64,000 nt of DNA from an uncultured delta proteobacterium (GTDB taxonomy: Bacteria; Myxococcota_A; Polyangia; Polyangiales; Polyangiaceae), in assembly GCA_963806225.1 (NCBI GenBank), contig CAWDXG010000001.1, positions 1,536,001-1,600,000 on the forward strand, in the 5' to 3' direction. Positions 1 through 11,572 of this stretch are shown here, in pieces (position 1 is the first letter of the stretch; each line of letters begins with the position of its first letter). Below the pieces are notes generated by a model. It was given only the letters and a program-made list of their open reading frames with translations, did no database searches and was not told the origin of the DNA. The position numbers and the translations under genes are program-made.

Positions 1-1225
1 GCGAGAGTACGCGCACCCCCGACGGCAGGTGCTTGTCCTCGCGTTCCACCTGATCGAACGGGATGGCCGAGTCGATGTGGCGGATGAGGGTGACCGTACG
101 CGTGCGCTTCGGTCCGAGGATCTCGGCGTGCACCTTGCCGTTCTTCACCGTCTCGTGCAGCACCACGGGGAACTTGAACGGGTTCTTGATGCGGAAGTCG
201 ATGGTCGGGTACACCACTGTCGCGTCGAGCCCCATCTTGATGTACGAGCTCGGCCGCGTGTGCGGGTAGCGTTCGACGATGTCGAGCCCCGCGAAGAACG
301 CCGCGCCGTGCAGCGTGCCGGAGATCTGGCACGTCCCGCCGCCGATGCCGTCGACCACCTCGCCCTCGGCGATCACGGGTGCCACCTTGTAGCCGTTCGC
401 CTCGTCGCGCGCGCCCACCACGTCGTTGAAGTCGAACACTTCGCCCGGCAGCATCACGTAGCCGTCGAGCTTGGAGGCCGCGAGCCTGAGGTTGAACGTG
501 CGCGCCGCGGCCCTGCGCGCGCGGTTGTAGTCCGTCTCGAAGTAGCCGAGCACGTGGTCGAACTCCACGTTGCCGAGCTCGGCGGCGACGCGCCGCGGCT
601 TTCTGTGCTCGAACACGAGCGGCGCGCTGTGCTTGCCGTCGTGGAAAGCGTCGGCCAGGGCGCCGAGCGTGGCGTCGACGTCCAGCAACCTGCCCGGCAC
701 CTCGTGCACGAGCTTCTTCTTGTCCAGGTCGAGGTGCGCGTCTTTCGGTAGCCGATCGAGCTCGTCCTTCAGCACCAGGATCGCCGGCAGCGCCTGGTCC
801 ACGTCGACGACGATCGGCACCGGCAGATCCAGCGGGCCCTTCCTGCCGCTGTTCAGCCAGGCCCGCCGCATGGGGCTAGTCGCGTCGCGCGCGTCGCGCA
901 CCAGCTGGGTCAGCCTCAGCTTGTCGATGCCGGCGCCCAGCCGCCCCGGCAGGAACTCGCGCACCTTGCCGTTCGGCATACGCAGCCCGATGCTGCGCGC
1001 CGCGTAGCTCCGCACCCGCTCGAGCGCCCGGGTGATGGCGTGGTCGTCGAGCTTCAGCGGCTGCCCGAGCAGCCGCACCTCGGGCGCCTTCGGCTTCGCG
1101 TCGTCGGTGGTGGGCGCGCGCGGCACCATCACGAAGCCGATGCCGAGCCCCGCTACGACCGCCACAGCGATGATGAGCGCTCCACGCGCGGCGGCTCCCG
1201 ACAGCTCGACTCCTCTGACCTTCAT
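1..1225 (-). CDS. VanW family protein (3' end runs off window)
   Basis: Manual minus-strand translation from ATG 1225: N-terminal TM segment, then RTFNLRLAASKLDG..LPGEVFDFNDVVG..GYKVAPVI..GIGGGTCQISGTLHGAAFFAGLDIVERYPH..YIKMGLDATV, the VanW signature. Not in the ORF track because no stop lies in the window. Confidence 0.88.
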   Translation of the reverse strand, partial: MKVRGVELSGAAARGALIIAVAVVAGLGIGFVMVPRAPTTDDAKPKAPEVRLLGQPLKLDDHAITRALERVRSYAARSIGLRMPNGKVREFLPGRLGAGIDKLRLTQLVRDARDATSPMRRAWLNSGRKGPLDLPVPIVVDVDQALPAILVLKDELDRLPKDAHLDLDKKKLVHEVPGRLLDVDATLGALADAFHDGKHSAPLVFEHRKPRRVAAELGNVEFDHVLGYFETDYNRARRAAARTFNLRLAASKLDGYVMLPGEVFDFNDVVGARDEANGYKVAPVIAEGEVVDGIGGGTCQISGTLHGAAFFAGLDIVERYPHTRPSSYIKMGLDATVVYPTIDFRIKNPFKFPVVLHETVKNGKVHAEILGPKRTRTVTLIRHIDSAIPFDQVEREDKHLPSGVRVLS

Positions 1226-1348
1226 GAGCGTGCCGGATCCTGGAAACCGCTCGGGGCTCCGTCAAGGAACGGCCGGGCGGCCTCCGGGCCGGAGCGCGCG
1301 GCCCGAGCAGCTGGTCGCCGCTCCGGTCGCGATCTACCTTGAGTCGCG

Positions 1349-3385
<2,037 letters not shown>

Positions 3386-3523
3386 GCTCGGGGCCGTCGG
3401 GCCTGCCGAACGCCCTCCCCCACGAAGAATCAGTCGGGGCGTGAGCCGTTTTCCGGCGAGGGCGCCACGACGATCCAGAGCCGGCGCGACGCCCGCGATG
3501 TCTGCTGCGAGCGCGCCGCCGGA

Positions 3524-3614
3524 GCCAACCTGGTTGTCGTCAGCGCAAGTCGGGTTGGCGGCTACGCCGGAGTGGTCGTCGTTTCTACGTGGATCTGGAC
3601 GGCACGCAAACTGC
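3524..3614 (+). promoter_or_regulatory. Putative sigma54 promoter with two upstream enhancer-like palindromes
   Basis: GGCACGCAAACTGC (GG-N10-GC) at 3601-3614; GCCAACCTGGTTGTC 3524-3538 and GCAAGTCGGGTTGGC 3545-3559; same layout upstream of the paralog at 6280. Confidence 0.6.
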
Positions 3615-3630
3615 GATGGGAGTACCAATC

Positions 3631-5958
3631 ATGCACTCGCCCCATACGAACTCGACGCGCCTCGTGCGCACGACCCTGGCCGGTCTGCTCGCGCTGGCGT
3701 GCTTCGCGCTTGTGTCCGGTTGCCTCGACCGCCCGGTCGTGCGCTCCTTTCCGATCACCAAAGACCTGTTCGTCGAATCGGTCAAACAGAGCGGCGTTGA
3801 CAAGATCGACCTATTGTTCATGATCGACAATTCGATCTCGATGGCGGACAAGCAGGCGATTCTCGCGAGCGCCGTGCCCCAGCTTGTCGACCGCTTGATC
3901 CATCCGATCATGGTGTGCACCGACGACGCGGGCAACGCGACACCGGCCAGCGGCGGCAGCTGTCCGCAAGGCACGACAGGCCCCGCCCAGGAGTTCAAGC
4001 CGGTGAACGACATCCACATCGGCGTCATCACCTCCAGCCTGGGCGGACACGGGCCGCCCACCAACTTCTGCAATCCGCAGGGGCCCGACCAGACGAACCC
4101 CAACAACAACGATCATGGCCATCTGTTGCCGAAGGTCCGCCCCAGCGCGACCCCGCCGCTCTCGAGCTACCAGAACATGGGCTTCCTCGACTTCGACGGT
4201 ACCAACGGCGGGTCGCTGGTGTCCGATTTCAAGAACCAGGTACCCGCCGCGGGCGAGCACGGCTGCGGCTTCGAGTCCTCGCTGGAGTCCTGGTACCGCT
4301 TCCTCGTCGATCCGGCGCCGCCGAAGGACGTCAAGCTCACCGGCAGCAACTCCGCGCCCGACGGCGTCGATCAGGAGGTGCTGAAGGAGCGCGCGGACTT
4401 CCTGCGTCCGGACTCGCTGCTTGCGGTCATCATGCTGACCGACGAGGACGACTGCTCGATTTCGGACAAGGGCCTCGGCTGGCTCGTGGCGCGCCCGAAG
4501 CCCATGCCCCGGGCGACGAGTGCGTGCGCCAAGGATCCGAACAGCGCCTGCTGTCGGTCCTGCGCGCTACAGGAGAAGTCCCCGCCCCCGGGCTGCCAGG
4601 CGCTGAGCACGGATCCGGCCTGCCAGCAGCCCGGCTTCACGCAGGACGAGGACCCCTACAACCTGCGCTGCTTCCAGCAGAAGCGTCGTTTCGGTCTGGA
4701 CTTGCTCTACCCCACGCAGCGCTACGTCAACGCGCTGTCGAACCAGCAGATCTGCCCGGGCAATCCTGACCTGTCGTGCGGCAAGAACGACAAGCCCGAG
4801 GGCAACCCGATCTTCTCGGACCTGACCCAGAGTGGAGTGACCCCGCGCGATCCTTCGCTGGTGTTCATCGCCGCCATTACCGGTGTGCCTTGGCAGGACA
4901 TTGCCACCGACGGCAAGAACAACACGCCGGACACGCTCCACTCGCAGAACACGCTGGAGTACAAGACGGCCCACCAGCTGTCCCAGGACAACGTGTGGGA
5001 CACCATCCTGGGCGACGTGAACCAGCACATCGCGCCCAGGGATCCACTGATGCAGGAGTCGATCGATCCGCGCACGGGCACGAACCCCATCACCGGCGCC
5101 GCCATCGCGCCGCCGAGCGCCAGCGTCGGGGCCAACCCGATCAACGGCCACGAGTACGACAACCCGAAGCGCTGCGACCTGCAGTACGCCTGCATCTTCC
5201 CCCTGGGCAACCAGACCAACGGCGTGGACTGCTCCACCTCGAGCGCCTGCCCCTCGCCCGACAGGCCGCTCTGCCAGAACACGGACGGCAGCTACGGCAC
5301 GACGCAGCACTTCGCCAAGGCCTATCCCGGTCTGCGCCAGCTGCAGGTTCTGAAGGACTTCGGGGACAACTCCATCGTGGCCTCGATCTGCCCCAAGGTG
5401 ACCCAGGGGCAGCCCGACGATCCGAGCTTCGGCTACAACCCGGCGGTCGGCGCCATTGTGGAGCGGCTCAAGGAGGTCCTCGGCGTCCAGTGCCTGCCGC
5501 GCCAGCTGACGCCCGACAAGGTGACCAAGCAGGTGCCGTGCAGGGTCGTGGAGGCGTTGCCGGACAACGCGCCGAACAAGTACGACTGCAGCAAGAAGGC
5601 CGGCCGCGCCCCACTCACTGGTGACAACGGCACGAAGCTCGCTGCCGCGGTGCGTGCTCGCCTGAAGGAGGACGGGCAGTGCGATGGCCCCAACCAGCCG
5701 GCCTGTTCCGACTTCACCATGTGCGAGATCCAGCAGCTCACCGACCAGACCGGGCTCCAGAGCTGCCTCGACAAGAACCCGGTCGACCCCGGTGTGAACG
5801 GCTACTGCTACGTCGACGCGAAGCAGGGCAACCCGGCCTTCATCAGCCAGTGCCCCGAGACCGAGCGGCGGGTGCTGCGCTTCGTGCCAGAGAGCGATAC
5901 GCCCACCAAGGGCGCCAACGTCTTCATCGCCTGCGCCGGGGCCACCTTCCAGAACTGA
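3631..5958 (+). CDS. Cys-rich lipoprotein with vWA-like MIDAS motif (paralog 1)
   Basis: Lipobox-like LVSGC; DLLFMIDNSISM (DxSxS); GCGFESSLE; FLRPDSLLAVIMLTDEDDCS; many Cys. Start ATG 3631 chosen from the signal peptide. Confidence 0.8.
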   Translation: MHSPHTNSTRLVRTTLAGLLALACFALVSGCLDRPVVRSFPITKDLFVESVKQSGVDKIDLLFMIDNSISMADKQAILASAVPQLVDRLIHPIMVCTDDAGNATPASGGSCPQGTTGPAQEFKPVNDIHIGVITSSLGGHGPPTNFCNPQGPDQTNPNNNDHGHLLPKVRPSATPPLSSYQNMGFLDFDGTNGGSLVSDFKNQVPAAGEHGCGFESSLESWYRFLVDPAPPKDVKLTGSNSAPDGVDQEVLKERADFLRPDSLLAVIMLTDEDDCSISDKGLGWLVARPKPMPRATSACAKDPNSACCRSCALQEKSPPPGCQALSTDPACQQPGFTQDEDPYNLRCFQQKRRFGLDLLYPTQRYVNALSNQQICPGNPDLSCGKNDKPEGNPIFSDLTQSGVTPRDPSLVFIAAITGVPWQDIATDGKNNTPDTLHSQNTLEYKTAHQLSQDNVWDTILGDVNQHIAPRDPLMQESIDPRTGTNPITGAAIAPPSASVGANPINGHEYDNPKRCDLQYACIFPLGNQTNGVDCSTSSACPSPDRPLCQNTDGSYGTTQHFAKAYPGLRQLQVLKDFGDNSIVASICPKVTQGQPDDPSFGYNPAVGAIVERLKEVLGVQCLPRQLTPDKVTKQVPCRVVEALPDNAPNKYDCSKKAGRAPLTGDNGTKLAAAVRARLKEDGQCDGPNQPACSDFTMCEIQQLTDQTGLQSCLDKNPVDPGVNGYCYVDAKQGNPAFISQCPETERRVLRFVPESDTPTKGANVFIACAGATFQN

Positions 5959-5979
5959 GCTCCTCGACGACCCCCGCGA

Positions 5980-6071
5980 GCCAACCGTGGTGGACAGGGC
6001 GCCAACCCGGTTGGCGCCTCGAGGCCCCCGGGCCGGGAAATCCCGCAGGATCCTGCCGGCACGTTGCTTGC
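5980..6071 (+). promoter_or_regulatory. Putative sigma54 promoter with two upstream enhancer-like palindromes
   Basis: GGCACGTTGCTTGC at 6058-6071 (near consensus -24/-12); perfect GCCAACCCGGTTGGC 6001-6015 and degenerate copy 5980-5994. Confidence 0.68.
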
Positions 6072-6279
6072 GACGTTGGCGTCCCATGCTGCGGCTCGCA
6101 TCCCCTCCCGGCGTGCCCCGGGCGCGATTGACAACAATCGTCCCGGGCACTTACGCTCGGGCGGCCGGTTGTCGTGCCGGCCAGTGGGTGTCGGCCCAGA
6201 TGGGGCCACTCGTCCACCCGCCCAGCCCGTCGCCGGACGCGACGGAGTGCGGGTCCCGGTCATCCAAGGAGCTTGTTCG

Positions 6280-8646
6280 ATGAAGCTGAAGTCTGCGAAA
6301 ACCTCTGGAACGAGCCTTCCGGCGCGCGTCGTGCGCACGGGATTGGCCGGCCTCGTCGCGGTGGCCACCGTGGCAGCGCTGGCGACGGGCTGCCTCGACC
6401 GTCCGGTCGCGCCGTCGACCCCGACGACCAAGAACCTCTTCGTCGACACGGTCAAGGAGACCGCCGTCGACAAGATCGACCTCTTGTTCATGATCGATAA
6501 CTCGATCTCGATGGCGGACAAGCAGCAGATCCTCGCCAGCGCGGTCCCGCAGCTGGTCGACCGCCTGATCAACCCGATCATGGTGTGCACCGACGATGCG
6601 GGCAACACCACGGCGGCCAACGGCCAGCCGTGCCCCTCCGGCACAAGCGGCCCCACGCAGGAGTTCAAGCCGGTCAACGACATCCACATCGGGGTCATCA
6701 CCTCCAGCCTGGGCGGCCACGGTGCCGCGACCAACTTCTGCAACCCGCAGGGGCCGGACAACAAGAACCCCAACAACAACGACCACGCCCATCTACTGCC
6801 CAAGGTCCGCACCGGGCTGTCGAGCTACCAGAACATGGGCTTCCTCAACTTCGACGGCACCAACGGCGCGCAGTTGAAGACGGACTTTACCAACCACGTC
6901 ACCAACGCCGGCGAGCAGGGCTGCGGCTTCGAGTCGTCGCTCGAGGCCTGGTACCGCTTCCTGGCCGACCCGGCTCCGCCGCAGAGCGTCACCGTCGCGA
7001 AGAACGTGTCGTCTCCGACCGGTATCGACAAGGAAGTGCTGACCGAGCGAGCGAACTTCCTGCGCCCGAACTCGCTGCTCGCCATCATCATGCTGACCGA
7101 CGAGGACGACTGCTCGATCTCCGACTCGGGCCTCGGCTGGCTGGTGGCGCGGCAGGATCACATGCCGCGCGCGACGGCTGCCTGCGCGACGGACCCGAAC
7201 AGCGCCTGCTGCCGCTCCTGCGCGCTGCAGGAGAGCTCGCCGCCCTCGGGCTGCCAGGCGATCAAGGTGGATCCGGCCTGCACCCAGGGCGGCTTCACGG
7301 ACAAGCAGGACGCGCTGAACCTGCGCTGCTTCCAGCAGAAGAAGCGCTTCGGTCTGGATCTGCTCTATCCCACCCAGCGCTACGTGAACGCGCTGACACA
7401 GCTGCAGATCTGCCCGAACCACGCCGATCTGTCCTGCGGCAAGAACGACACGCCACAGGCGAACCCCATCTATTCCGATCCGAGCGGGAAGGGAGCCACG
7501 GTGCGTGATCCCTCCCTGGTCTTCCTGGCCGGCATCACGGGTGTCCCCTGGCAGGACATCGCGACGGACAACACGCTCACCGATCCCAAGGCCCTCAAGT
7601 ACAAGACGGCCGACCAGCTCGCCGCGGGCGGCGTCTGGGACGACATCCTGGGCGACGTGAACAAGTACGTGAAGCCCAACGACCCGCTGATGGAGGAGTC
7701 GATCGATCCGCGGACGGGCTCGAACCCGATCACGAACGATGCGCTGGCGCCGCCTGGGGCGAACGCGAACACGAACCCCATCAACGGCCACGAGTACGAC
7801 ATCCCGGGCCGGGACGACCTGCAGTACGCCTGCATCTTCCCGCTGGGTACCCCGCGGCAGAACGGGCAGGACTGCGGCAACTACGGCCAGCAGGACGTGT
7901 CGCCCAACAAGCCGCTGTGCCAGAACCCGGCGGACAACAGCTACGGCACCACGCAGTACTTCGCCAAGGCCTATCCGGGTCTGCGCCAGCTGCAGGTGCT
8001 GAAGGACTACGGCAGCAACTCGATCGTGGCTTCCATCTGTCCGAAGGTGACCACCGGCTCCGATACCGACCCGAGCTTCGGCTACAACCCTGCGGTCGGC
8101 GCCATCATCGAGCGGCTGAAGGAAGTGCTCGGTGGCAAGTGCCTGCCGCGCAAGCTGCAGCCGGTCACCGACACGAAGAGCCCGACCTATGGGCAGGTGC
8201 CGTGCGAGGTGGTCGAGGCGCTGCCCGCCGGCTCGCCGAACGCCTACGACTGCACGAAGAAGCCCGGCCGCTCGCCGCTCACGGGTGACAACGGCGCCAA
8301 GCTCGAGGCGGCCGTGCGCTCGCGGCTGAAGCAGGACGGCCAGTGCGACGGCACGGGTCAGCCGGCGTGTGCCGACTTCAAGATGTGCCAGATCGACCAG
8401 CTCGGCCCCCAGACCGGGCAGGCGAGCTGCCTGAACGACGACCCGGTCAAGGCGGGTGTCAACGGCTACTGCTACGTCGACCAGAGCTGCGTCGACGCCA
8501 AGACCTGCAACGGCAAGTTCATCAGCCAGTGCCCCGAGACGGAGAAGCGCCTGCTGCGCTTCGTCGGGGCCGACACGAAGACGCCGACCGACGGCGCCAA
8601 CGTGTTCATCGCCTGCGCCGGCGCGACGTTCGCGACGGGATCCTGA
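6280..8646 (+). CDS. Cys-rich lipoprotein with vWA-like MIDAS motif (paralog 2)
   Basis: AAGGAG before ATG 6280; lipobox LATGC; colinear and highly similar to 3631-5958 along its whole length. Confidence 0.8.
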   Translation: MKLKSAKTSGTSLPARVVRTGLAGLVAVATVAALATGCLDRPVAPSTPTTKNLFVDTVKETAVDKIDLLFMIDNSISMADKQQILASAVPQLVDRLINPIMVCTDDAGNTTAANGQPCPSGTSGPTQEFKPVNDIHIGVITSSLGGHGAATNFCNPQGPDNKNPNNNDHAHLLPKVRTGLSSYQNMGFLNFDGTNGAQLKTDFTNHVTNAGEQGCGFESSLEAWYRFLADPAPPQSVTVAKNVSSPTGIDKEVLTERANFLRPNSLLAIIMLTDEDDCSISDSGLGWLVARQDHMPRATAACATDPNSACCRSCALQESSPPSGCQAIKVDPACTQGGFTDKQDALNLRCFQQKKRFGLDLLYPTQRYVNALTQLQICPNHADLSCGKNDTPQANPIYSDPSGKGATVRDPSLVFLAGITGVPWQDIATDNTLTDPKALKYKTADQLAAGGVWDDILGDVNKYVKPNDPLMEESIDPRTGSNPITNDALAPPGANANTNPINGHEYDIPGRDDLQYACIFPLGTPRQNGQDCGNYGQQDVSPNKPLCQNPADNSYGTTQYFAKAYPGLRQLQVLKDYGSNSIVASICPKVTTGSDTDPSFGYNPAVGAIIERLKEVLGGKCLPRKLQPVTDTKSPTYGQVPCEVVEALPAGSPNAYDCTKKPGRSPLTGDNGAKLEAAVRSRLKQDGQCDGTGQPACADFKMCQIDQLGPQTGQASCLNDDPVKAGVNGYCYVDQSCVDAKTCNGKFISQCPETEKRLLRFVGADTKTPTDGANVFIACAGATFATGS

Positions 8647-8661
8647 GGCGGAAACGCAGAC

Positions 8662-8706
8662 CGCGACAGGGGCGGCCGCCGATGGCGTGCCGCCCCGCCG
8701 CGTTTT
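8662..8706 (+). terminator. Probable intrinsic terminator
   Basis: GC stem GGGGCGGC/GCCGCCCC with inner CGCC-GAT-GGCG, followed by TTTT, just after stop 8646. Confidence 0.45.
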
Positions 8707-8786
8707 GTGCGTGGGCTTGACGTCCGGCATGGGCTCCCGGCGGGGGGATTCCCTGCCCGGTGGGCGTTGATCTACGATGGCGCCCG

Positions 8787-9476
8787 GTGGAGCCGCGGAA
8801 GACCATCCTGGTCGTGGAGGACGAGCCGCACATCGCGCTCGGGCTCAAGGACGCCCTCGAGTTCGAGGGCTTCCGGGTCGTCACGGCCGGCACGGGCAAG
8901 GAGGGCGTGCACATGGCGCGGCAGGAGCGGCCGCACGCGGTGCTGCTCGACCTGATGCTGCCCGACGTGAACGGCTACCAGGTGTGCGAGGACCTGCGCC
9001 GCCACGACGCGTTCATGCCCATCATCATGCTCACGGCGCGGAGCCAGGAAGCGGACAAGATCCGCGGGCTCGACGCGGGCGCGGACGACTACGTCACCAA
9101 GCCCTTCAGTGTGGGCGAGCTCATCGCGCGCATCCGCGCGCTGTTCCGCCGCGCCAACCGTCCGTCGGAGGTCCTCATCTTCCAGGTGGGAGGCGCCAGC
9201 GTGAACGTGACCGCCCATACCGTGCAGCGCGCCGGCAAGCAGCCGGAGAACCTCTCTTTCTACGAGGTGGAGCTCCTGCGCCTGTTGTACGAGCGCCAGG
9301 GCCAGCCCGTCGGTCGTGAGGAGATCCTCAACAAGATCTGGGGCGTCGACGCCAATCCCACCAACCGCACCATCGACAACTTCATCGTCAAGCTCAGGAA
9401 GAAGCTCGAGCGCCGGCCGGACAAGCCGCAGCACATTCTTACGGTGTACGGGTTCGGGTACAAGTTGGTGCTGTAG
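8787..9476 (+). CDS. OmpR/PhoB-family response regulator
   Basis: [24 protein letters not shown] receiver motifs; winged-helix [24 protein letters not shown] start 8787 inferred. Confidence 0.95.
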   Translation: MEPRKTILVVEDEPHIALGLKDALEFEGFRVVTAGTGKEGVHMARQERPHAVLLDLMLPDVNGYQVCEDLRRHDAFMPIIMLTARSQEADKIRGLDAGADDYVTKPFSVGELIARIRALFRRANRPSEVLIFQVGGASVNVTAHTVQRAGKQPENLSFYEVELLRLLYERQGQPVGREEILNKIWGVDANPTNRTIDNFIVKLRKKLERRPDKPQHILTVYGFGYKLVL

Positions 9477-9489
9477 GTTGCCTCCCCTC

Positions 9490-9704
9490 GCAGGTGCTCG
9501 GCCCTTCGGGCCTGCGCGCCTGCGGTCCCCTCCAAGGCCGGACGCGCCGCGCTCCGCGCGCCGCGCGCGGCCGGAGGGGACATGCACGGCGTTGCGCGGC
9601 GCGGGCACAGCGATGTGCGGCTTGGGACGAGCTCGCTGGGACATTCCTGCCCGCCGGCACAGCGGGGCTTCCTGGGTGAAGCCCCGCTGTGCCGGCGGGC
9701 AGGA
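9490..9704 (+). repeat. Cluster of three stem-loops, the last a perfect 27-bp inverted repeat
   Basis: 9490-9523 hairpin with cTTCGg loop; 9525-9581 GTCCCCTCC/GGAGGGGAC; 9645-9671 pairs perfectly with 9678-9704 (loop CTGGGT). Confidence 0.8.
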
Positions 9705-9714
9705 GGTCATTGTC

Positions 9715-10086
9715 ATGCGTTGTTCGTCTCGCTGTTCCGCTCATCGGCACGCTGAGCTCGCCGCCTGCGCTGCGCGCATGCGGCATGCGCCTACGGCTTC
9801 GGAGGCGGCTTTGTGGTCCGCGCTCTCCGGGCGGCGCGTTGGTGGGGTGCAGTTCCGGCGGCAGTATGTGCTGGGTGGGCGCTTCATTGCGGACTTTGCC
9901 GCGCCCGCCGCGCGGCTCGTCGTGGAAGTGGATGGCAGCGCGCACCGCGGGCGCGAGCGGCACGATGCGCGGCGGGACCGGGCGCTCGCGGCGCTGGGCT
10001 ATCGCGTGCTTCGGCTGGATGCAAAGCTGGTGCTGCGGGACCTGCCTACAGCGGTGGGGCAGGTGAGGGAGGCGCTTGCGCGGTAG
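9715..10086 (+). CDS. DUF559 / Vsr-like endonuclease domain protein
   Basis: RMRHAPTASEAALW..FRRQY..FIADF..LVVEVDGSAH..DARRDRAL..GYRVLR; AGGAGG at 9701-9706. Confidence 0.9.
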   Translation: MRCSSRCSAHRHAELAACAARMRHAPTASEAALWSALSGRRVGGVQFRRQYVLGGRFIADFAAPAARLVVEVDGSAHRGRERHDARRDRALAALGYRVLRLDAKLVLRDLPTAVGQVREALAR

Positions 10087-10128
10087 CGGCGTAGCGGCGA
10101 TGCGGCGCCCGCTCCGGCGCGGCGCTCT

Positions 10129-10262
10129 GCACTATTTCGCGTGCTACGCGGAACTCGATAGCATCACGCGCCGCCCGCCCATCTCGGCTCGAACCGCGCC
10201 CTGGCCAGCGCTATGCAGGGCCCGATGGGGGCGCTATGCTGGACATCGAATAGTTGTTGGGC
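10129..10262 (+). other. Orphan attI-like region (copy 1)
   Basis: Shares three ordered blocks with 13847-14014 and ends in GTTGGGC (GTTRRRY) with an ATG 7 nt later. Confidence 0.6.
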
Positions 10263-10268
10263 GGACAC

Positions 10269-10556
10269 ATGGCGACGACTCGGTGGATCCATCTTCGCAG
10301 TCCCACTCCCTGGACTGAAGACATGTTCGCCGCCTTCGAGAGCGGCTGTCGGCTTTGGCGCGCGACCATAGAGAGCATCGATCTTATCAATGCGCACAAG
10401 GACGCGGGGCAAACGTGGTCAGACGGGCCCAGGCTTCGGTTACGCGTCCAACACCCCGGTGTCCTCCATCTTGGTTTTGGTTCAGCGAGTCCCGATGCCG
10501 GCACCGACGCGGGGACGAAGCTCTACAACGTCTACCCCGCCATGACGATCAAGTAG
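10269..10556 (+). CDS. Hypothetical protein, possibly a truncated or chimeric cassette ORF
   Basis: ATG just after the core site; C-terminal PDAGTDAG linker; no attC follows. Confidence 0.35.
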   Translation: MATTRWIHLRSPTPWTEDMFAAFESGCRLWRATIESIDLINAHKDAGQTWSDGPRLRLRVQHPGVLHLGFGSASPDAGTDAGTKLYNVYPAMTIK

Positions 10557-10564
10557 CCCACGCC

Positions 10565-11545
10565 ATGTCGACTAGCCCATGCAAGCCACTTCCCGCCTCG
10601 CCTCGCGTGGTCGGACGGATCGCTAGCGTTTGCCTCGCCGCAACGAGCGCGCTGTTCGCGCTGGTGGTGGCCCGGTCCGCGCCGTGCCAGCCGCGTTCCG
10701 GGTCGGCGCGATCCCGGGTGGCTGCGCCCCGGCCTGCGCCAGCGCCTGCGCGATCGGTGAAGGCGACAACGGGGCTTCAGGAGCTGGGCGTGACGCTGGG
10801 CGCCATCGACTACACGGAGAGCAACGTCGACCTCAAGTGGACCACAGGAGGCACCACCGCGGCGCAGCCCTTCGTGACGCGCGGGGACTGGCTGGCGGCA
10901 AAGGGCGAGTACTCGATCTGGCGCTGGCTTGCTGTGGCGGCGATCGGTCGCGTGGGCTGGCTGGACAAATCTCCCCCGACCCTCCCCGCCGAGCCGCTCG
11001 AGCCGGGTCAGGACGAGTCCCGGCTCGATCCGCAGCTCGGCGACCCGCACGTGGGCGGCACCATCGCACCGATGCTTCGCTTCCTCCCGGGGCGCACGGC
11101 GCTCGACGCGGGGGCGACGATTTCCTTCGGATCGTTCCGGCCCCGGTACGGAGGCGACGCGCTCCAGTACGACGGATACAGCTGCGGTGACTGCGAGACA
11201 GGTCAAAATACTTTCACCGCCATGAAAGTGTGGCCCACGCTGCGCGTGAGCCGGACGGGCCGCGGATTCTTCTTCTCCGTCGGCACGGGCGAAGGGTTCG
11301 TGCAGACGAACGAACCGGGGCCCTTCGAGCTCCTGTTCGGCGAGCGGCAGCGGAGCTTCGACTTGATGGGCGGGATCGCCCGTGGGCTCGCGTTGCGCGT
11401 GGACCTGCGGGTGGTCGCGGGGCTGTGGCTCGACATGAGCGCCAGCTACAAACCCTGGGGCGATTCGCCGCCGGGCCGGGACACGGAGCGCGGGATATTC
11501 GCGCTCGGCCTGACCCGTCGCTGGTCGGACTTCGCTCCGCTGTGA
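10565..11545 (+). CDS. Hypothetical exported protein, possible outer-membrane beta-barrel
   Basis: Hydrophobic signal, Pro/Ala linker, alternating amphipathic strands, aromatic C-terminus. Confidence 0.55.
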   Translation: MSTSPCKPLPASPRVVGRIASVCLAATSALFALVVARSAPCQPRSGSARSRVAAPRPAPAPARSVKATTGLQELGVTLGAIDYTESNVDLKWTTGGTTAAQPFVTRGDWLAAKGEYSIWRWLAVAAIGRVGWLDKSPPTLPAEPLEPGQDESRLDPQLGDPHVGGTIAPMLRFLPGRTALDAGATISFGSFRPRYGGDALQYDGYSCGDCETGQNTFTAMKVWPTLRVSRTGRGFFFSVGTGEGFVQTNEPGPFELLFGERQRSFDLMGGIARGLALRVDLRVVAGLWLDMSASYKPWGDSPPGRDTERGIFALGLTRRWSDFAPL

Positions 11546-11572
11546 CCGCTTGCGCGCCGGCCCTCTACCAGC

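Noticed and set aside
10445..10560. attC after the ORF at 10269 (GTCCAAC near 10446)
   Set aside because: Lies inside the ORF, does not match core GTTGGGC, and has no downstream palindrome or GTTRRRY.
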